A DNA stretch of 64,000 nucleotides from Gammaproteobacteria bacterium (lineage in GTDB: Bacteria; Pseudomonadota; Gammaproteobacteria; JBCCGL01). Location of the stretch: assembly GCA_965277715.1 (NCBI GenBank), contig OZ255836.1:1216001-1280000 (forward strand), written 5' to 3'. The position numbers were made by a program, and so were the translations under genes. Positions 20,602 to 33,312 of this stretch are shown in pieces. How positions within the stretch are numbered: the stretch's first letter is position 1; the number at the start of each line of letters is the position of its first letter. Below the pieces are notes generated by a model. The model was not told the DNA's origin. It did not search any database and saw nothing but the letters and a program-made list of their open reading frames with translations.

Positions 20602-20752
20602 TGTTAATAAGTATACTCATTAAAATAAAAACTTACGTACAATACCACCGCCAAAAAAACCAAACATGTGTTAGGCTGATACGTTGCGCATCATACTACA
20701 ACCAATAAAACTGATTACTTTTCAGTAGCTTAGAAAATCCAGGCAGATACTA

Positions 20753-22843
20753 TTGAATAACGATTCGACGATACAGTTACTTATTCTGGATGCATCACTC
20801 AACGATGCTGAACACGCCAGCAGTGCTATCCGCACGCTGGGTTATGCCACTAAAGCGACGCAGGTTGTCGACCTTCAGGCACTGACCGAGAAACTCACGA
20901 CAGACCAATACGATGTTTGCCTGTGCTGCCTGGCTTCCCTGTCGCCGACACCTTTTGAGGATGTAACCGGCACGCTTAAAAAACACCAAAAAAACCTCCC
21001 CATCATTACACTTGTGGATACAAAGTCTCCCTTTAATACAGCAAAACTCATGAAATTGGGTGCTGTCGATGCTGTCATCAAAGGTGACTACGAGCATCTA
21101 AAGCTGGTCGTAAACCGGGAATTTCAACACGTAAAGTTACTCGGCGAAATAGAGACACTCAAAGTAACCTATAACGATAGCGAAAAACGCAGCCAAATGC
21201 TGATGAACAGCTCACGCGATGCGATTGCCTATATTCACGAAGGTATGCATGTGCACGCTAACGAAGCGTATCTGGAATTATTTGGGTTTGGTTCAGTAGA
21301 GGATATTCAGGGGGCGCCCATTATGGATTTGGTGAAATCTGACGATCAAGAGGCATTGAAAGGGTTTCTGCGCAACCAGTCCGATAACCAGGAAGCGGTT
21401 GATAAGGACACCCTCGACACTCATCTGGTACACACCAGTGGTTCCAGCTTTAGCGCAACAATGGAGTTTTCCCGTACCACAGTCGATGGTGAACCGTGCA
21501 TACAAATCATTATCCGCGACAGGTCGAATGCCAAAGAGCTGGAGCAAAAACTTACTCTGCTCAGCCAAACCGATCAGTTAACCGGCTTATACAATCGACA
21601 ACATTTGATGACCTTGTTACAGGAAAACTGTGATCAGGCAGCGGCAGGCAATGCCAAGTACTCGCTATTGCAGATTAAACTGGAGGATTTTGAATCCACA
21701 AAAAACACGCTAGGTGTACTGGGAGCAGACAAGGTGATGGTCGCTGTCGCTCATGTATTGCGTAATACAGCGAAAAAAACTGACATATTATGCCGTTTTG
21801 AAGACGCGACCTATATCATCTTGAGCGCTTTATCCAGTAAAAAGCAAATAGCATTCTATGCAGGCAAAATACTCAAAATTATTGATAAGTTTATTTGCCA
21901 GGTGGGTGGCAGATCTATCAGCCCACGCTGCAGTATTGGCATCGCTTTCATCGATGAGAGCACCCCGACTGCCAACGAGGTGCTGTCACGCGCTGAACGC
22001 GCTTTGGAAAGAGCTTTGGCCAAAGGGCAGTCACTGCGTATTTATACTCCCGAGCCTGGCGAAAAAACCCAGAAACAAGTCGACCAGATGTGGACTCAAC
22101 GTCTGTCCAATGCCTTAAAAAACAACCGGTTTTTACTCTTGTACCAGCCGATTGTCAGTCTTGGTAGCGACGACTATGAGCGCTATGAAGTCAGCTATTC
22201 TGTACTTGATGAAGACACTAATCTTATTCCACACGCTGAGTTTGCGGCCGTTGCGGCACGTACCGGAATGAACAAAGGCATTGATCGATGGGTTATTATG
22301 AATGCCGCCAAACAGTTGGCAGAAAAAATCAAAGAGAAGCCCAGCACGGTCTTTTTTATTCCATTATCCGACAGCTCACTGGAAGATCCAGAGCTTTTCC
22401 GCTGGGTACGCCAACTGCTCGAACAATTTAATCTGCCGCAAAACACCATCGTTTTTCAGATGTCAGAGTCGTCAGTGATTGCACACCTGAACCAGGCACG
22501 CGCTGTTTCGGCAGCCCTGCGCAATATCCATTGCAAAATTTCTTTGGACAATTTTGGTGTCGAACCTAACCCGTTCCAGTTAATTAAACACGTACCTGCC
22601 GACTACATAAAAATAAACCGGGAATTTATCAAAAACCTCACCACCAGTATGGAAAACCAACACTCCATTCAATCGATTACAGAGAAAGCGCGGCGCAATG
22701 GCCAAATTAGCATTGTCCCCGATGTAGAGGACGCCGGTAGCCTGTCCGTATTGTGGGGATTAGGTGTAGACCTGATTCAGGGTGACTTCCTGCAAGGGCA
22801 GACAGAGAAACCGAACTATGACTTTTCAGCGATGAACGGCTGA
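20753..22843 (+). CDS. fimX: FimX-like REC-PAS-GGDEF-EAL protein with degenerate catalytic motifs
   Basis: N-terminal REC-like domain, PAS (AIAYIHEGMHVHAN), DQLTGLYNR, GGDEF site reads FEDAT, EAL site reads EVS, IQGDFLQ. Confidence 0.8.
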   Translation: MNNDSTIQLLILDASLNDAEHASSAIRTLGYATKATQVVDLQALTEKLTTDQYDVCLCCLASLSPTPFEDVTGTLKKHQKNLPIITLVDTKSPFNTAKLMKLGAVDAVIKGDYEHLKLVVNREFQHVKLLGEIETLKVTYNDSEKRSQMLMNSSRDAIAYIHEGMHVHANEAYLELFGFGSVEDIQGAPIMDLVKSDDQEALKGFLRNQSDNQEAVDKDTLDTHLVHTSGSSFSATMEFSRTTVDGEPCIQIIIRDRSNAKELEQKLTLLSQTDQLTGLYNRQHLMTLLQENCDQAAAGNAKYSLLQIKLEDFESTKNTLGVLGADKVMVAVAHVLRNTAKKTDILCRFEDATYIILSALSSKKQIAFYAGKILKIIDKFICQVGGRSISPRCSIGIAFIDESTPTANEVLSRAERALERALAKGQSLRIYTPEPGEKTQKQVDQMWTQRLSNALKNNRFLLLYQPIVSLGSDDYERYEVSYSVLDEDTNLIPHAEFAAVAARTGMNKGIDRWVIMNAAKQLAEKIKEKPSTVFFIPLSDSSLEDPELFRWVRQLLEQFNLPQNTIVFQMSESSVIAHLNQARAVSAALRNIHCKISLDNFGVEPNPFQLIKHVPADYIKINREFIKNLTTSMENQHSIQSITEKARRNGQISIVPDVEDAGSLSVLWGLGVDLIQGDFLQGQTEKPNYDFSAMNG

Positions 22844-22852
22844 GCCCTCTGC

Positions 22853-25105
22853 TTATGAGGGCTCAATCTCAATCGATTGTACACTGCGAAACCCACGCGG
22901 CAGTTTTGCCCCCCGTCGGCCACGCTCGCCGCTATAAGCCTCGATATCCCGGTTACGTAAATTGATATAGCGCTTACCACTGTATAAACGCAGCACTTCA
23001 TTCGGTGAAACAACCGTGATACAACACATGAATTCTTCACCTGTTTTAAATTTTGCCAGGGGAATAGCCATAATTTTATTGCCCTTGCCACGGCTTAATT
23101 CAGGCAATTCAGCGACGGGAAACGATAGCATATGACCGGCCGAGTTAATCGCGACAATTAAATCCTTAGCGAGATCAACAATAGGTACAGGCATGCACAC
23201 AGCGGCACCGGTGGGAATGGATAAAACCGTTTTGCCCGCCTTATTGCGGCTGTACATCTCGCCCAGTTGTACGATAAAACCGTAACCCGCCGTGGTCGAT
23301 AACAGATAACGGTCATCGTCTTTACCCATTAGTGCCGCTATAAAGCTGGCACCATCAACAGGTTTCAAACGGCCAGAAAGTGGCTCACCCAAACTGCGCG
23401 CAGACGGCAAAGTATGCGCAGGCAGGTTATAAACACGACCAGCAGAGTCAAGAAACAGCGCGCTTTGGTTGCTTTTACCTACCGCCGAGTCCTGATAGCC
23501 ATCACCCGATTTATAGTTGAGCGAACGTGGATCAACTTCGTGCCCCTTTGCCGAGCGCACCCAACCGCGTTGCGATAAAACCACGGTAACAGGTTCGCTC
23601 GGGGTTAAATCAGTGTCACTGATCACCTGGGCCGCACGGCGCTGTACTATCGGCGAACGCCGTGAATCACCGTATTGTGCAACGTCAGCCTGGAGTTCAT
23701 TTTTCACCAGCGTTTTCATTCTACGCTCGGAGCCCAGTGTTTTTTGCAGTTGCTCACGCTCTTTGGTGAGTGCGTCCTGTTCACCGCGAATTTTCATTTC
23801 CTCAAGCTTCGCCAAGTGTCGCAATTTGAGTTCGAGAATGGCCTCAGCCTGTGTATCGCTGATAGCAAAGCGCGTCATCAGCACTGGCTTGGGTTCATCC
23901 TCGTGGCGGATAATGGCAATGACTTCATCGATATTCAAAAAAGCGGTTAACAACCCCTCAAGGATGTGCAGCCGTTTTTCGACCTTCTCCAACCGCCACT
24001 GCAAACGTCGGCGCACCGTATCCATACGAAACGTCAGCCATTCCTGCAAGATGGTTTTAAGCGGCTTAACCTGCGGTTTGCCATCGACACCAATCATGTT
24101 CATATTGACGCGATAGCTGCGCTCAAGGTCAGTGCTGGCGAACAAATGGCTCATCAGCGCGTCGCAGTCGACACGGTTGCTGCGTGGAGAGATAACCAAT
24201 CGCGTCGGATTTTCGTGATCTGACTCATCGCGCAAATCCTCGACCATCGGTAACTTTTTGGCATTCATTTGCTGCGCGATCTGTTCCAGAATTTTTGCCC
24301 CGGATACCTGGTGCGGCAGTGCGGTGATGATAATGTCACTGTTTTCCCGCTCGTACACCCCGCGCATCCGAATTGAGCCATGCCCAGTCGCATACATACG
24401 ATGGATTTCATCCGGGCTGGAAATAATTTCCCCCGCCGTTGGATAATCGGGTCCTTTGACAATCTCACAGAGTGTTTCAAGCGACGTGCGGCTATTATCC
24501 AACAGGCAAATACACGCCTCACTCACCTCACGCAAATTATGCGGGGGTATATCAGTCGCCATACCAACAGCAATCCCCGTCGTGCCATTGAGCAATACAT
24601 GCGGCAGGCGCGACGGCAGTAGCGTGGGTTCGTCGAGCGTGCCATCGAAGTTGGGCTGCCAGGCGACGGTGCCCTGCCCCAATTCCTGTAACAAGACCCT
24701 GGCAAAAGGCGACAAACGCGCTTCCGTGTAGCGCATTGCCGCAAACGACTTGGGGTCATCGGGTGATCCCCAGTTGCCTTGCCCATCGATCAATGGGTAA
24801 CGGTAAGAGAATGGCTGCGCCATTAACACCATCGCCTCATAACAGGCTGAATCACCGTGCGGGTGAAATTTACCCAGCACATCACCTACCGTACGCGCCG
24901 ATTTTTTGTGCTTGGAACTGGCTGATAAGCCCAGCTCAGACATCGCGTAGATAATCCGCCGTTGCACCGGCTTTAAGCCATCGCCAATATGCGGTAGCGC
25001 ACGGTCAAGAATCACATACATCGAATAATCGAGGTAGGCGCGTTCGGTAAACTGGCTAAGCGGTTGTTGTTCAATTCCCTCTAAAAACGGTGGTGATGCT
25101 GTCAT
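22853..25105 (-). CDS. parC: DNA topoisomerase IV subunit A
   Basis: [34 protein letters not shown]. Confidence 0.97.
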   Translation of the reverse strand: MTASPPFLEGIEQQPLSQFTERAYLDYSMYVILDRALPHIGDGLKPVQRRIIYAMSELGLSASSKHKKSARTVGDVLGKFHPHGDSACYEAMVLMAQPFSYRYPLIDGQGNWGSPDDPKSFAAMRYTEARLSPFARVLLQELGQGTVAWQPNFDGTLDEPTLLPSRLPHVLLNGTTGIAVGMATDIPPHNLREVSEACICLLDNSRTSLETLCEIVKGPDYPTAGEIISSPDEIHRMYATGHGSIRMRGVYERENSDIIITALPHQVSGAKILEQIAQQMNAKKLPMVEDLRDESDHENPTRLVISPRSNRVDCDALMSHLFASTDLERSYRVNMNMIGVDGKPQVKPLKTILQEWLTFRMDTVRRRLQWRLEKVEKRLHILEGLLTAFLNIDEVIAIIRHEDEPKPVLMTRFAISDTQAEAILELKLRHLAKLEEMKIRGEQDALTKEREQLQKTLGSERRMKTLVKNELQADVAQYGDSRRSPIVQRRAAQVISDTDLTPSEPVTVVLSQRGWVRSAKGHEVDPRSLNYKSGDGYQDSAVGKSNQSALFLDSAGRVYNLPAHTLPSARSLGEPLSGRLKPVDGASFIAALMGKDDDRYLLSTTAGYGFIVQLGEMYSRNKAGKTVLSIPTGAAVCMPVPIVDLAKDLIVAINSAGHMLSFPVAELPELSRGKGNKIMAIPLAKFKTGEEFMCCITVVSPNEVLRLYSGKRYINLRNRDIEAYSGERGRRGAKLPRGFRSVQSIEIEPS

Positions 25106-25180
25106 AGTGCTGTCACTGAAAAAAGTGACGGCATCATACCAGTGTGATAGCACCGGCCCAAGTAAGACCGTGCGCACGTA

Positions 25181-25217
25181 TTAGTACACCACCTAACTTA
25201 TATTAGCGGTGTACTAG
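25181..25217. repeat. Second type of YTAG-flanked mini-palindrome, sharing its right CTAG with the next element
   Basis: TTAG-TACACCACCTAACTTATATTAGCGGTGTA-CTAG. Confidence 0.55.
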
Positions 25218-25261
25218 ACCCCATGTATTTACTTGTGTGCAAGTTAATACATGGGGTCTAG
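25214..25261. repeat. 48-bp YTAR-flanked palindromic mini-element, copy 2
   Basis: CTAG-ACCCCATGTATTTACTTGTGTGCAAGTTAATACATGGGGT-CTAG. Confidence 0.85.
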
Positions 25262-25321
25262 AATGCCTTGCAAAAACAACCGCGCCAAATCAGTATATAT
25301 GCCCATTACCAGGAGACATTG

Positions 25322-25810
25322 ATGGGTGATATACACACACTGCACCGCATACTGCGCGATAACCGGCGCATCGCAATCGTTGGCTTATCCGCTAGCTGGC
25401 ACCGCCCCAGTTTCTTTGCCGCCAAATACCTGATTGAGCAGGGTTATGAGGTAGTGCCGGTCAACCCACGCTACGATGAGATTCTCGGTTGCCGCTGCTA
25501 CCCGGATCTATACGCCATCCCCGGTAAAATCGATGTCGTCGATTGCTTTCGTCGCGCAGAGGACATACCCCCTCTGGCCCAGGCAGCCATCGATATAGGC
25601 GCCAGGGTATTGTGGATGCAGCTAGGTGTTATCAATACTGAAGCCCAGACACTGGCGTGTGCAGCGGGCCTGGATGTGGTGATGGACCGCTGCATGAAGA
25701 TCGAATACGCACGCTTGTTTGGCGGTCTGGGTTTTGCGGGTGTCAATACCGGCATCATCAGCGCAAAACGCTTATCACGCCCCCTGTTTTCACCTTCTAC
25801 CACTGAGTAA
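25322..25810 (+). CDS. CoA-binding protein (YccU-like)
   Basis: IAIVGLS, VPVNP, DVVDCFR, LWMQLG, VMDRC; AGGAG RBS. Confidence 0.9.
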   Translation: MGDIHTLHRILRDNRRIAIVGLSASWHRPSFFAAKYLIEQGYEVVPVNPRYDEILGCRCYPDLYAIPGKIDVVDCFRRAEDIPPLAQAAIDIGARVLWMQLGVINTEAQTLACAAGLDVVMDRCMKIEYARLFGGLGFAGVNTGIISAKRLSRPLFSPSTTE

Positions 25811-27094
<1,284 letters not shown>

Positions 27095-27110
27095 GCAATT
27101 CACTGTAGCG

Positions 27111-27148
27111 CTAGACGCCATGTATGTAAGTGAATACATGGCGTCTAA
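27111..27148. repeat. Shorter YTAR-flanked palindromic mini-element, copy 3; may also act as the metY terminator
   Basis: CTAG-ACGCCATGTATGTAAGTGAATACATGGCGT-CTAA; 14-bp perfect stem. Confidence 0.75.
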
Positions 27149-27335
27149 TTTCTTTAGCTTACTGAAAATTATTTTTTTTACGTGGCACCCGAATCAGTTA
27201 CCTCCGGCTCTCCCCATGGATGTTCCCGACAGACCATTTTAGAGTGAGCACTTCCCAAATATTGAATTAGTTCATATGGATGGATAGTGGGGTATGTCAA
27301 AATTTACCCCCTAAAATCAGGGCGCTATCTCGCCT

Positions 27336-28841
27336 TCATGCCATATTAACATCGACAACCTGGTCGGCCTGTTCGTCGTGCTTTGCCTGATCACTGCGCA
27401 CCACTTCCAGGCGATCCAGGTATTCCTGGCTAATATCGCCCGTAACATACTCACCCGTAAAACAGCAGGTTTCATATTGCTGGATATCCGGATTACCAAA
27501 GCGTACCGATTCCAATAGGTCTTCAAGATCCTGGTAGATTAACCAGTCCGCACCAATTTCCTGGCAGATATCTTCAGTGGAACGTTGATGTGCAATGAGT
27601 TCTTCCACAGCGGGCATATCGATACCGTATACATTAGGGTATTTCACGGGTGGTGCCGCCGAGGCGAAGTAGACTTTTTTTGCCCCCGCGTCACGCGCCA
27701 TTTGCACGATTTGTTTTGAGGTGGTGCCACGCACAATGGAATCATCGATTAGTAGCACGTTTTTATCCTGAAATTCCAAATCGATGGCATTGAGTTTTTG
27801 CCGTACCGATTTTTTGCGCACCTGCTGACCAGGCATGATAAACGTGCGGCCTATGTAGCGGTTTTTAATAAACCCTTCACGGTATTTAACACCGAGATGA
27901 AATGCCGATTCCAGCGCCGCCGTGCGGCTGGTGTCAGGAATTGGGATAACAACGTCGATGTCGTGGTCGGGCCACTCGTTGCGAATTTTGCAGGCCAGCT
28001 TTTCGCCCATCCGCAACCGCGATTTATACACAGAAATGTTGTCGATAATCGAATCGGGGCGGGAAAAATACACAAATTCAAAAATACAGGGAGAGTGCAT
28101 TGGATTGCTCGCACACTGTTCTGTGTGTACCTCGCCGTCCATATCGATATAAATGGCTTCACCTGGCCGTAGATCACGCACTTTGGTAAACCCCTGTGCT
28201 TCAAAAGCAACGCTCTCTGAGGCGATCATATGCTCTTCACCCAGGTCGGTGATGCGCTTGCCAATCACCGCCGGGCGAATCCCCCAGGGATCCCGAAACG
28301 CGAAGATACCGCGCCCGACAATCATGCCTACGGCGACATAGCCACCGCTGCAGCGCTGATGAACCTCTCGCACAGCGGCGAAAATATCGCTGGGTTTAAG
28401 CCGGGTTGAGCATATTTGGTTTTGTAGTTCATGGGCAAAAACGTTGAGCAAGACTTCAGAATCCGATGTGGTGTTGATATGCCGCAAATCCGATTCGAAG
28501 AGCGCCTCCTGCAATTCATCGGCATTGGTGAGGTTACCATTGTGCGCCATCACAATGCCGTAGGGTGAGTTGACATAAAACGGCTGCGCCTCCGCCGATG
28601 AGGAACAGCCCGCCGTGGGGTAACGGACGTGGCCAATGCCAATATTTCCCTGTAAACGCAGCATGTGGTTGGTGCGAAACACATCCCGTACCAGGCCCAG
28701 CGACTTGCGCATGTGCAGCTTGCCCTGCGAGCTGGTGGCGATACCCGCCGCATCCTGGCCACGGTGTTGTAATAAGGTCAGGCCATCATAGAGAAGGCTG
28801 TTAGCTGCACTTTGGGCAAAAACCCCGACGACACCACACAT
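27336..28841 (-). CDS. purF: Amidophosphoribosyltransferase
   Basis: N-terminal [26 protein letters not shown]. Confidence 0.98.
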   Translation of the reverse strand: MCGVVGVFAQSAANSLLYDGLTLLQHRGQDAAGIATSSQGKLHMRKSLGLVRDVFRTNHMLRLQGNIGIGHVRYPTAGCSSSAEAQPFYVNSPYGIVMAHNGNLTNADELQEALFESDLRHINTTSDSEVLLNVFAHELQNQICSTRLKPSDIFAAVREVHQRCSGGYVAVGMIVGRGIFAFRDPWGIRPAVIGKRITDLGEEHMIASESVAFEAQGFTKVRDLRPGEAIYIDMDGEVHTEQCASNPMHSPCIFEFVYFSRPDSIIDNISVYKSRLRMGEKLACKIRNEWPDHDIDVVIPIPDTSRTAALESAFHLGVKYREGFIKNRYIGRTFIMPGQQVRKKSVRQKLNAIDLEFQDKNVLLIDDSIVRGTTSKQIVQMARDAGAKKVYFASAAPPVKYPNVYGIDMPAVEELIAHQRSTEDICQEIGADWLIYQDLEDLLESVRFGNPDIQQYETCCFTGEYVTGDISQEYLDRLEVVRSDQAKHDEQADQVVDVNMA

Positions 28842-29056
28842 CGCTTACACCCTCGCCTGTGGGATTGTAGACCCTACCTGGGTTGGTTGAAACAAACCAC
28901 AGACTAACAGGATAACACCGGCCGACACCATTCGATTAAACATATTTTACTCACAATTACCACTCACAACCCTCACTTGGTAGAAGGAATGTGAAGTATA
29001 AAAACTCAGGACAGGTGTCCACTATGATGTACTAAAGCAGTATGTATTCGTACCTT

Positions 29057-29521
29057 CTACAGGGCCAGGTGAGACTGAAGCCAGGTCACCGCAAAAACCA
29101 GGTAATCCACCAATAGGGACGCCTGCCATAAATCTGTTTGAGGTAGCGACATGAGCTGAGCCAGCATAACCAGTACAATTAAAATAATCACGCCACGCGC
29201 TACGCCAAATAAAACACCCAATAAACGATCCGTACCCGATAGACCTACTTTAGCGGCAGCTTTGTAAATAAAATGATTGACGATGGCGCCAGAAAATAGC
29301 ACGAATAAAAAGATCACAACAGCAGTGACGATTAAGCGTATAAGGGAATTTTCCACAAAGCCGGGCATAAACACTGAAAAGCGGTGAGCAAACATAAAGG
29401 TTAGTGTGCTGGCAAGTACCCAGACACCGAGCGAAAATGCCTCTTTCAGAAAACCACGCACCACACTGATCAGGCTGGAAATAGCGATCACGCCGATAAT
29501 AATGTAATCCAACTCATTCAT
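29057..29521 (-). CDS. cvpA: CvpA family membrane protein
   Basis: RGFLKE, DRLLGVLFGVARG; between dedD and purF. Confidence 0.93.
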   Translation of the reverse strand: MNELDYIIIGVIAISSLISVVRGFLKEAFSLGVWVLASTLTFMFAHRFSVFMPGFVENSLIRLIVTAVVIFLFVLFSGAIVNHFIYKAAAKVGLSGTDRLLGVLFGVARGVIILIVLVMLAQLMSLPQTDLWQASLLVDYLVFAVTWLQSHLAL

Positions 29522-29553
29522 TGCGTGATCGTTGTGATGAGCAATACACTGCT

Positions 29554-30144
29554 TCAGTTTGATTCACGGCCACGGTAGCGCATAACCCCACCTTCAATGG
29601 CGTATTTTTTGGCGATACGCTTGCGGGTGTTATCGGCCTTGTCGTGTGTCATTTCAGGGCCTACGCGCACCCGGTGTGATATGCCTGCGTCATTGCTGAC
29701 AACTTCAATAAAGACGCTATAGCCGTCTGTCTGTAGTTTTTTTACCAGTTGCTCTGCATTTTTTTTGTGGCTAAAACTACCTAGCTGAACTACCCAGGCA
29801 CTGAGGTCACCGGTATCGGTGCCTGCCAATACTTGTTTAATGGCTTGTTTTTGTTCAGTTTTTTTTGTAGAGGATGGCTGTCCATCACCTGTTGTTTTGG
29901 TGGCCGTTTTTGGCCTGGGGGTTGTGTCGCTCGTATCGGTCGTTTGGGCCGTGCCTTTTAACGTAATCGGGGTTTGGTTAAGCGCCAATGGTTTAGGGAT
30001 GACCGGGCGCTTGGGCATAGCGGGGATCGCGGTGGGCTGTTGATCCTGACCGGCACCGTCCAGCAACACGGGAATAAAGATAACACCGAATGCCATCAGT
30101 ACCGCCGCGCCGACCATACGTTGTTTTAACTGGCTATCCATCAA
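29554..30144 (-). CDS. dedD: SPOR-domain cell division protein DedD
   Basis: LKQRMVGAAVL TM, linker, WVVQLGSF...RVRVGP; synteny. Confidence 0.88.
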   Translation of the reverse strand: MMDSQLKQRMVGAAVLMAFGVIFIPVLLDGAGQDQQPTAIPAMPKRPVIPKPLALNQTPITLKGTAQTTDTSDTTPRPKTATKTTGDGQPSSTKKTEQKQAIKQVLAGTDTGDLSAWVVQLGSFSHKKNAEQLVKKLQTDGYSVFIEVVSNDAGISHRVRVGPEMTHDKADNTRKRIAKKYAIEGGVMRYRGRESN

Positions 30145-30168
30145 TCAGGTAACCCATAGAAACGCCTA

Positions 30169-31494
30169 TTATAAGTGCACCGGCAACGTCTCTGCCACCG
30201 TTACAAACGAACCAAATATAACCAGCCGATCACCCACGCTGGCCTCGGCCAGTGCACGTTGAAACGCCTGGCGCACTGTCGCTTCGACGGATACATTTGC
30301 CTGGGTGTGATGGGCCAGCAATGCCGCTAACTGCGCACCCGACATGGCACGCGGCAATGGTAGGTCGCCGGTATACCAGTGGTCAAATGTGCCCGCCAGT
30401 AAATCGAGCATTTGCGGTATGGCTTTGTCGGCCATAAAGGCAGCGATAGCAATGGTTTTTCCAGTGAATTGTTCGGGGGAACGGCCTGGATTATGGTGTA
30501 CCGGTTGGCACTGCGATAAATACCCGGCAAAAGCGGCGATGGCCTGGGGATTGTGCGCGACATCAAAAATGCAGTCGATTCCATCGATTTGAATATGCTG
30601 GGCACGCCCCGGTAACCGGGCAGCCCGCAGGCCGTCATGCAATGCTGTTTCACCAACGTGAAACGATTCGCTTAAACATTTAATCGCCTGCACGGCAATT
30701 GAGGCGTTCAGGTAGCGAACACTACCCATAATACCAGGGGCAGGCAGATGTTTCTGGCCACTGTTTTCACTCACAAAATGCCAACTGTGTTCACCCATTG
30801 TTGTCGCCGGGGATTGTACCGGTAGCTGGTAGTCAAAGTGTTGCCCACGCAGGAACAGTGTCGCGCCAATTTCATCGGCCCGTGTATACAAGCGCTCAGG
30901 GGGAGCTGACTCTCCAACAATCAACGGCCTTCCTGTTCGGGCGATGCCCGTCTTCTCGTAGGCGATGGCGTCGAGGGTATCACCCAGCCAGTCGGTATGG
31001 TCAAGTGCCAGCGAGCTGATAATCGATACCTCCGCATCCCATAGGTTCACTGCGTCGAGTCGGCCACCGAGGCCCACTTCAAGAATCGCAATATCGACAG
31101 CCGCTTGCTGAAAGCATTGCATCGCCGCCAGCGTACCAAACTCAAAATAGGTCAGGCTGGTATCGGCACGACTGTTTTCGATCTGTTCAAAGGCACCGCA
31201 CAGTGCCGCATCGTCAATGGCTTGCGCGTCAATACGCACGCGTTCGTTGTAGTGGAAGATATGAGGTGAGGTATAGAGGCCAACACGGTATCCCGCGTGT
31301 TTCAATATACTTTCCAGCAGTGCGCACACTGAACCTTTACCGTTAGTGCCACCGACAGTGATGACGGGAAAGGATGGGGTTAAAAGAGACGCACGCACGG
31401 CAACCTGGTGTACACGCTCAAGCCCCAGGTCTATACCACTAGGGTGTAATTGTTCCAACCAGGTGAGCCACCCGGTCAGTGTGCTGGGGTGCAT
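30169..31494 (-). CDS. folC: Folylpolyglutamate/dihydrofolate synthase
   Basis: GTNGKGS, EVGLGGRLDAVN, DVAHNP. Confidence 0.96.
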   Translation of the reverse strand: MHPSTLTGWLTWLEQLHPSGIDLGLERVHQVAVRASLLTPSFPVITVGGTNGKGSVCALLESILKHAGYRVGLYTSPHIFHYNERVRIDAQAIDDAALCGAFEQIENSRADTSLTYFEFGTLAAMQCFQQAAVDIAILEVGLGGRLDAVNLWDAEVSIISSLALDHTDWLGDTLDAIAYEKTGIARTGRPLIVGESAPPERLYTRADEIGATLFLRGQHFDYQLPVQSPATTMGEHSWHFVSENSGQKHLPAPGIMGSVRYLNASIAVQAIKCLSESFHVGETALHDGLRAARLPGRAQHIQIDGIDCIFDVAHNPQAIAAFAGYLSQCQPVHHNPGRSPEQFTGKTIAIAAFMADKAIPQMLDLLAGTFDHWYTGDLPLPRAMSGAQLAALLAHHTQANVSVEATVRQAFQRALAEASVGDRLVIFGSFVTVAETLPVHL

Positions 31495-31503
31495 TAAAAC
31501 AAA

Positions 31504-32415
31504 TCAGGGGGTGGTTGCAGTGCTGGAAGGTGCGGCCAATGGCACAACTGCCGGTATTGGTGGCGCGGGCCTCCGGCACAGCATGGCCAGTAAGCTGGCC
31601 ACGCGTTCGCGCATTTCGCGCCGGTCGACGACCATATCGATAGCGCCGTGTTCAAGCAGGAATTCGGCACGTTGAAAGCCTTCTGGCAGGTTTTCGCGCA
31701 CCGTTTGTTCGATAACGCGCCGACCGGCAAAACCAATTTCTGCTCCCGGTTCAGCAATTTGAATATCGCCTAACATAGCAAAGCTGGCCGAGACACCACC
31801 CATAGTCGGGTCAGTCAGCACAGAAATATATGGCATACCATGTTGGGACAGGCGTGATAAGGCTGCGCTGGTTTTTGCCAGTTGCATCAATGAGAACAGG
31901 GCTTCCTGCATGCGTGCTCCACCACTGGCGGAAAAGCACACCAGTGGGAGTGACTCTTCGATGCAGGTTTCCACGGCGCGCACAAAACGCTCGCCAACCA
32001 CAGACCCCATCGAGCCGCCCATAAAGCGAAATTCGAACGCTGCAGCGACCAACGGAACCCCGATGAGCTCACCTTTCATCACTACCAGGGCATCTTTTTC
32101 ACCGGTGCTTTTCATATACTGCGTTAGCCGGTCTTTGTATTTTTTAGTGTCTTTGAATTTAAGTGTATCGACAGACTCCAGCTCAGCGGCGACCTCACTA
32201 CAGGATTCCGGGTCAAAAAACCGCTTTAAGCGCAGGCGGGCGCCGATACGCATATGGTGGTTACATTTGGGGCACACATCCTGATTGCGTTCAAGTTCGG
32301 CACGGTATAACACGTTGCTACAGCTATCGCATTTAGACCAGATACCTTCGGGCACATTTCCCTTACCACCGTTGCGGTGGGGGCGCGATGGAATGAGTTT
32401 TTCAAACCAGCTCAT
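31504..32415 (-). CDS. accD: Acetyl-CoA carboxylase carboxyltransferase beta subunit
   Basis: C4 zinc finger, [24 protein letters not shown]. Confidence 0.97.
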   Translation of the reverse strand: MSWFEKLIPSRPHRNGGKGNVPEGIWSKCDSCSNVLYRAELERNQDVCPKCNHHMRIGARLRLKRFFDPESCSEVAAELESVDTLKFKDTKKYKDRLTQYMKSTGEKDALVVMKGELIGVPLVAAAFEFRFMGGSMGSVVGERFVRAVETCIEESLPLVCFSASGGARMQEALFSLMQLAKTSAALSRLSQHGMPYISVLTDPTMGGVSASFAMLGDIQIAEPGAEIGFAGRRVIEQTVRENLPEGFQRAEFLLEHGAIDMVVDRREMRERVASLLAMLCRRPAPPIPAVVPLAAPSSTATTP

Positions 32416-32493
32416 ATTTTACTCCAGTGGTGGTGACAGGCGCGCCTGATAAGTGGATCGATGGGTGGATCAATGAATGGGAAGGCTGGCTAA

Positions 32494-33312
32494 TCAATTT
32501 GAGCTATCGACCTGATCAATTGACTGGCGCAAGCCAGATACAAATGCCGTTATCTCTGCCAACATTGAGGCTTTGTCATCACCGTACTGGTCAATACGGG
32601 AAACCACGGCGCTGCCAACGACCACCGCATCGGCAATACCCGCAACTTTGGCTGCCGATTCGGCGTCGCTGATACCAAAGCCGACACCCAATGGCAAGTC
32701 TGTCATGGTGCGCAATGCCTGTAGACGGGCACCTACCTCGTCGGTATCGAGTGTGTTAGCACCGGTAACGCCTTTCAGTGACACGTAGTAAAGAAAGCCA
32801 CTGGCGATATCCGCTATCTGCCGCATACGTGAGTCCGGGGTTGTCGGCGATAACAGGAATATCGGGTCGATGCCCTGTTGTTGCAGCGCGGGAATCAAAG
32901 CTTCATTGGCATCCGGCGGCAGATCGACCGTTAATGCACCATCGATACCGGCTTGTGCAGCGCGCTCGGCAAAAACCTCGGCACCCAAGGCTTCGATAGG
33001 GTTCATATACCCCATTAACACGACAGGGGTTTGTGTATCTGTGGTGCGAAATCTGGCGACTATTGCCATTACATCGATTAGGTTAACCGCGTGTTTGAGT
33101 GCACGTTCGTGGGCTTTTTGAATCACCGGGCCATCGGCCATCGGGTCTGAAAAAGGGACACCCAACTCCAGAATATCCACACCCGCTGCAACGAGTGCGT
33201 GCATTTGTTCAACGGTGACATCCGGGTGCGGGTCTCCGGCGGCAATATAGATAATCAGCGCACGACGGTTTTCCTGTTTTAACGCGGCAAAACGCGATGC
33301 GATGCGGCTCAT
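32494..33312 (-). CDS. trpA: Tryptophan synthase alpha chain
   Basis: [26 protein letters not shown]. Confidence 0.97.
   Translation of the reverse strand: MSRIASRFAALKQENRRALIIYIAAGDPHPDVTVEQMHALVAAGVDILELGVPFSDPMADGPVIQKAHERALKHAVNLIDVMAIVARFRTTDTQTPVVLMGYMNPIEALGAEVFAERAAQAGIDGALTVDLPPDANEALIPALQQQGIDPIFLLSPTTPDSRMRQIADIASGFLYYVSLKGVTGANTLDTDEVGARLQALRTMTDLPLGVGFGISDAESAAKVAGIADAVVVGSAVVSRIDQYGDDKASMLAEITAFVSGLRQSIDQVDSSN

Noticed and set aside
20753-22843. Degenerate GGDEF/EAL motifs as a novelty
   Set aside because: Expected for FimX-type c-di-GMP receptors
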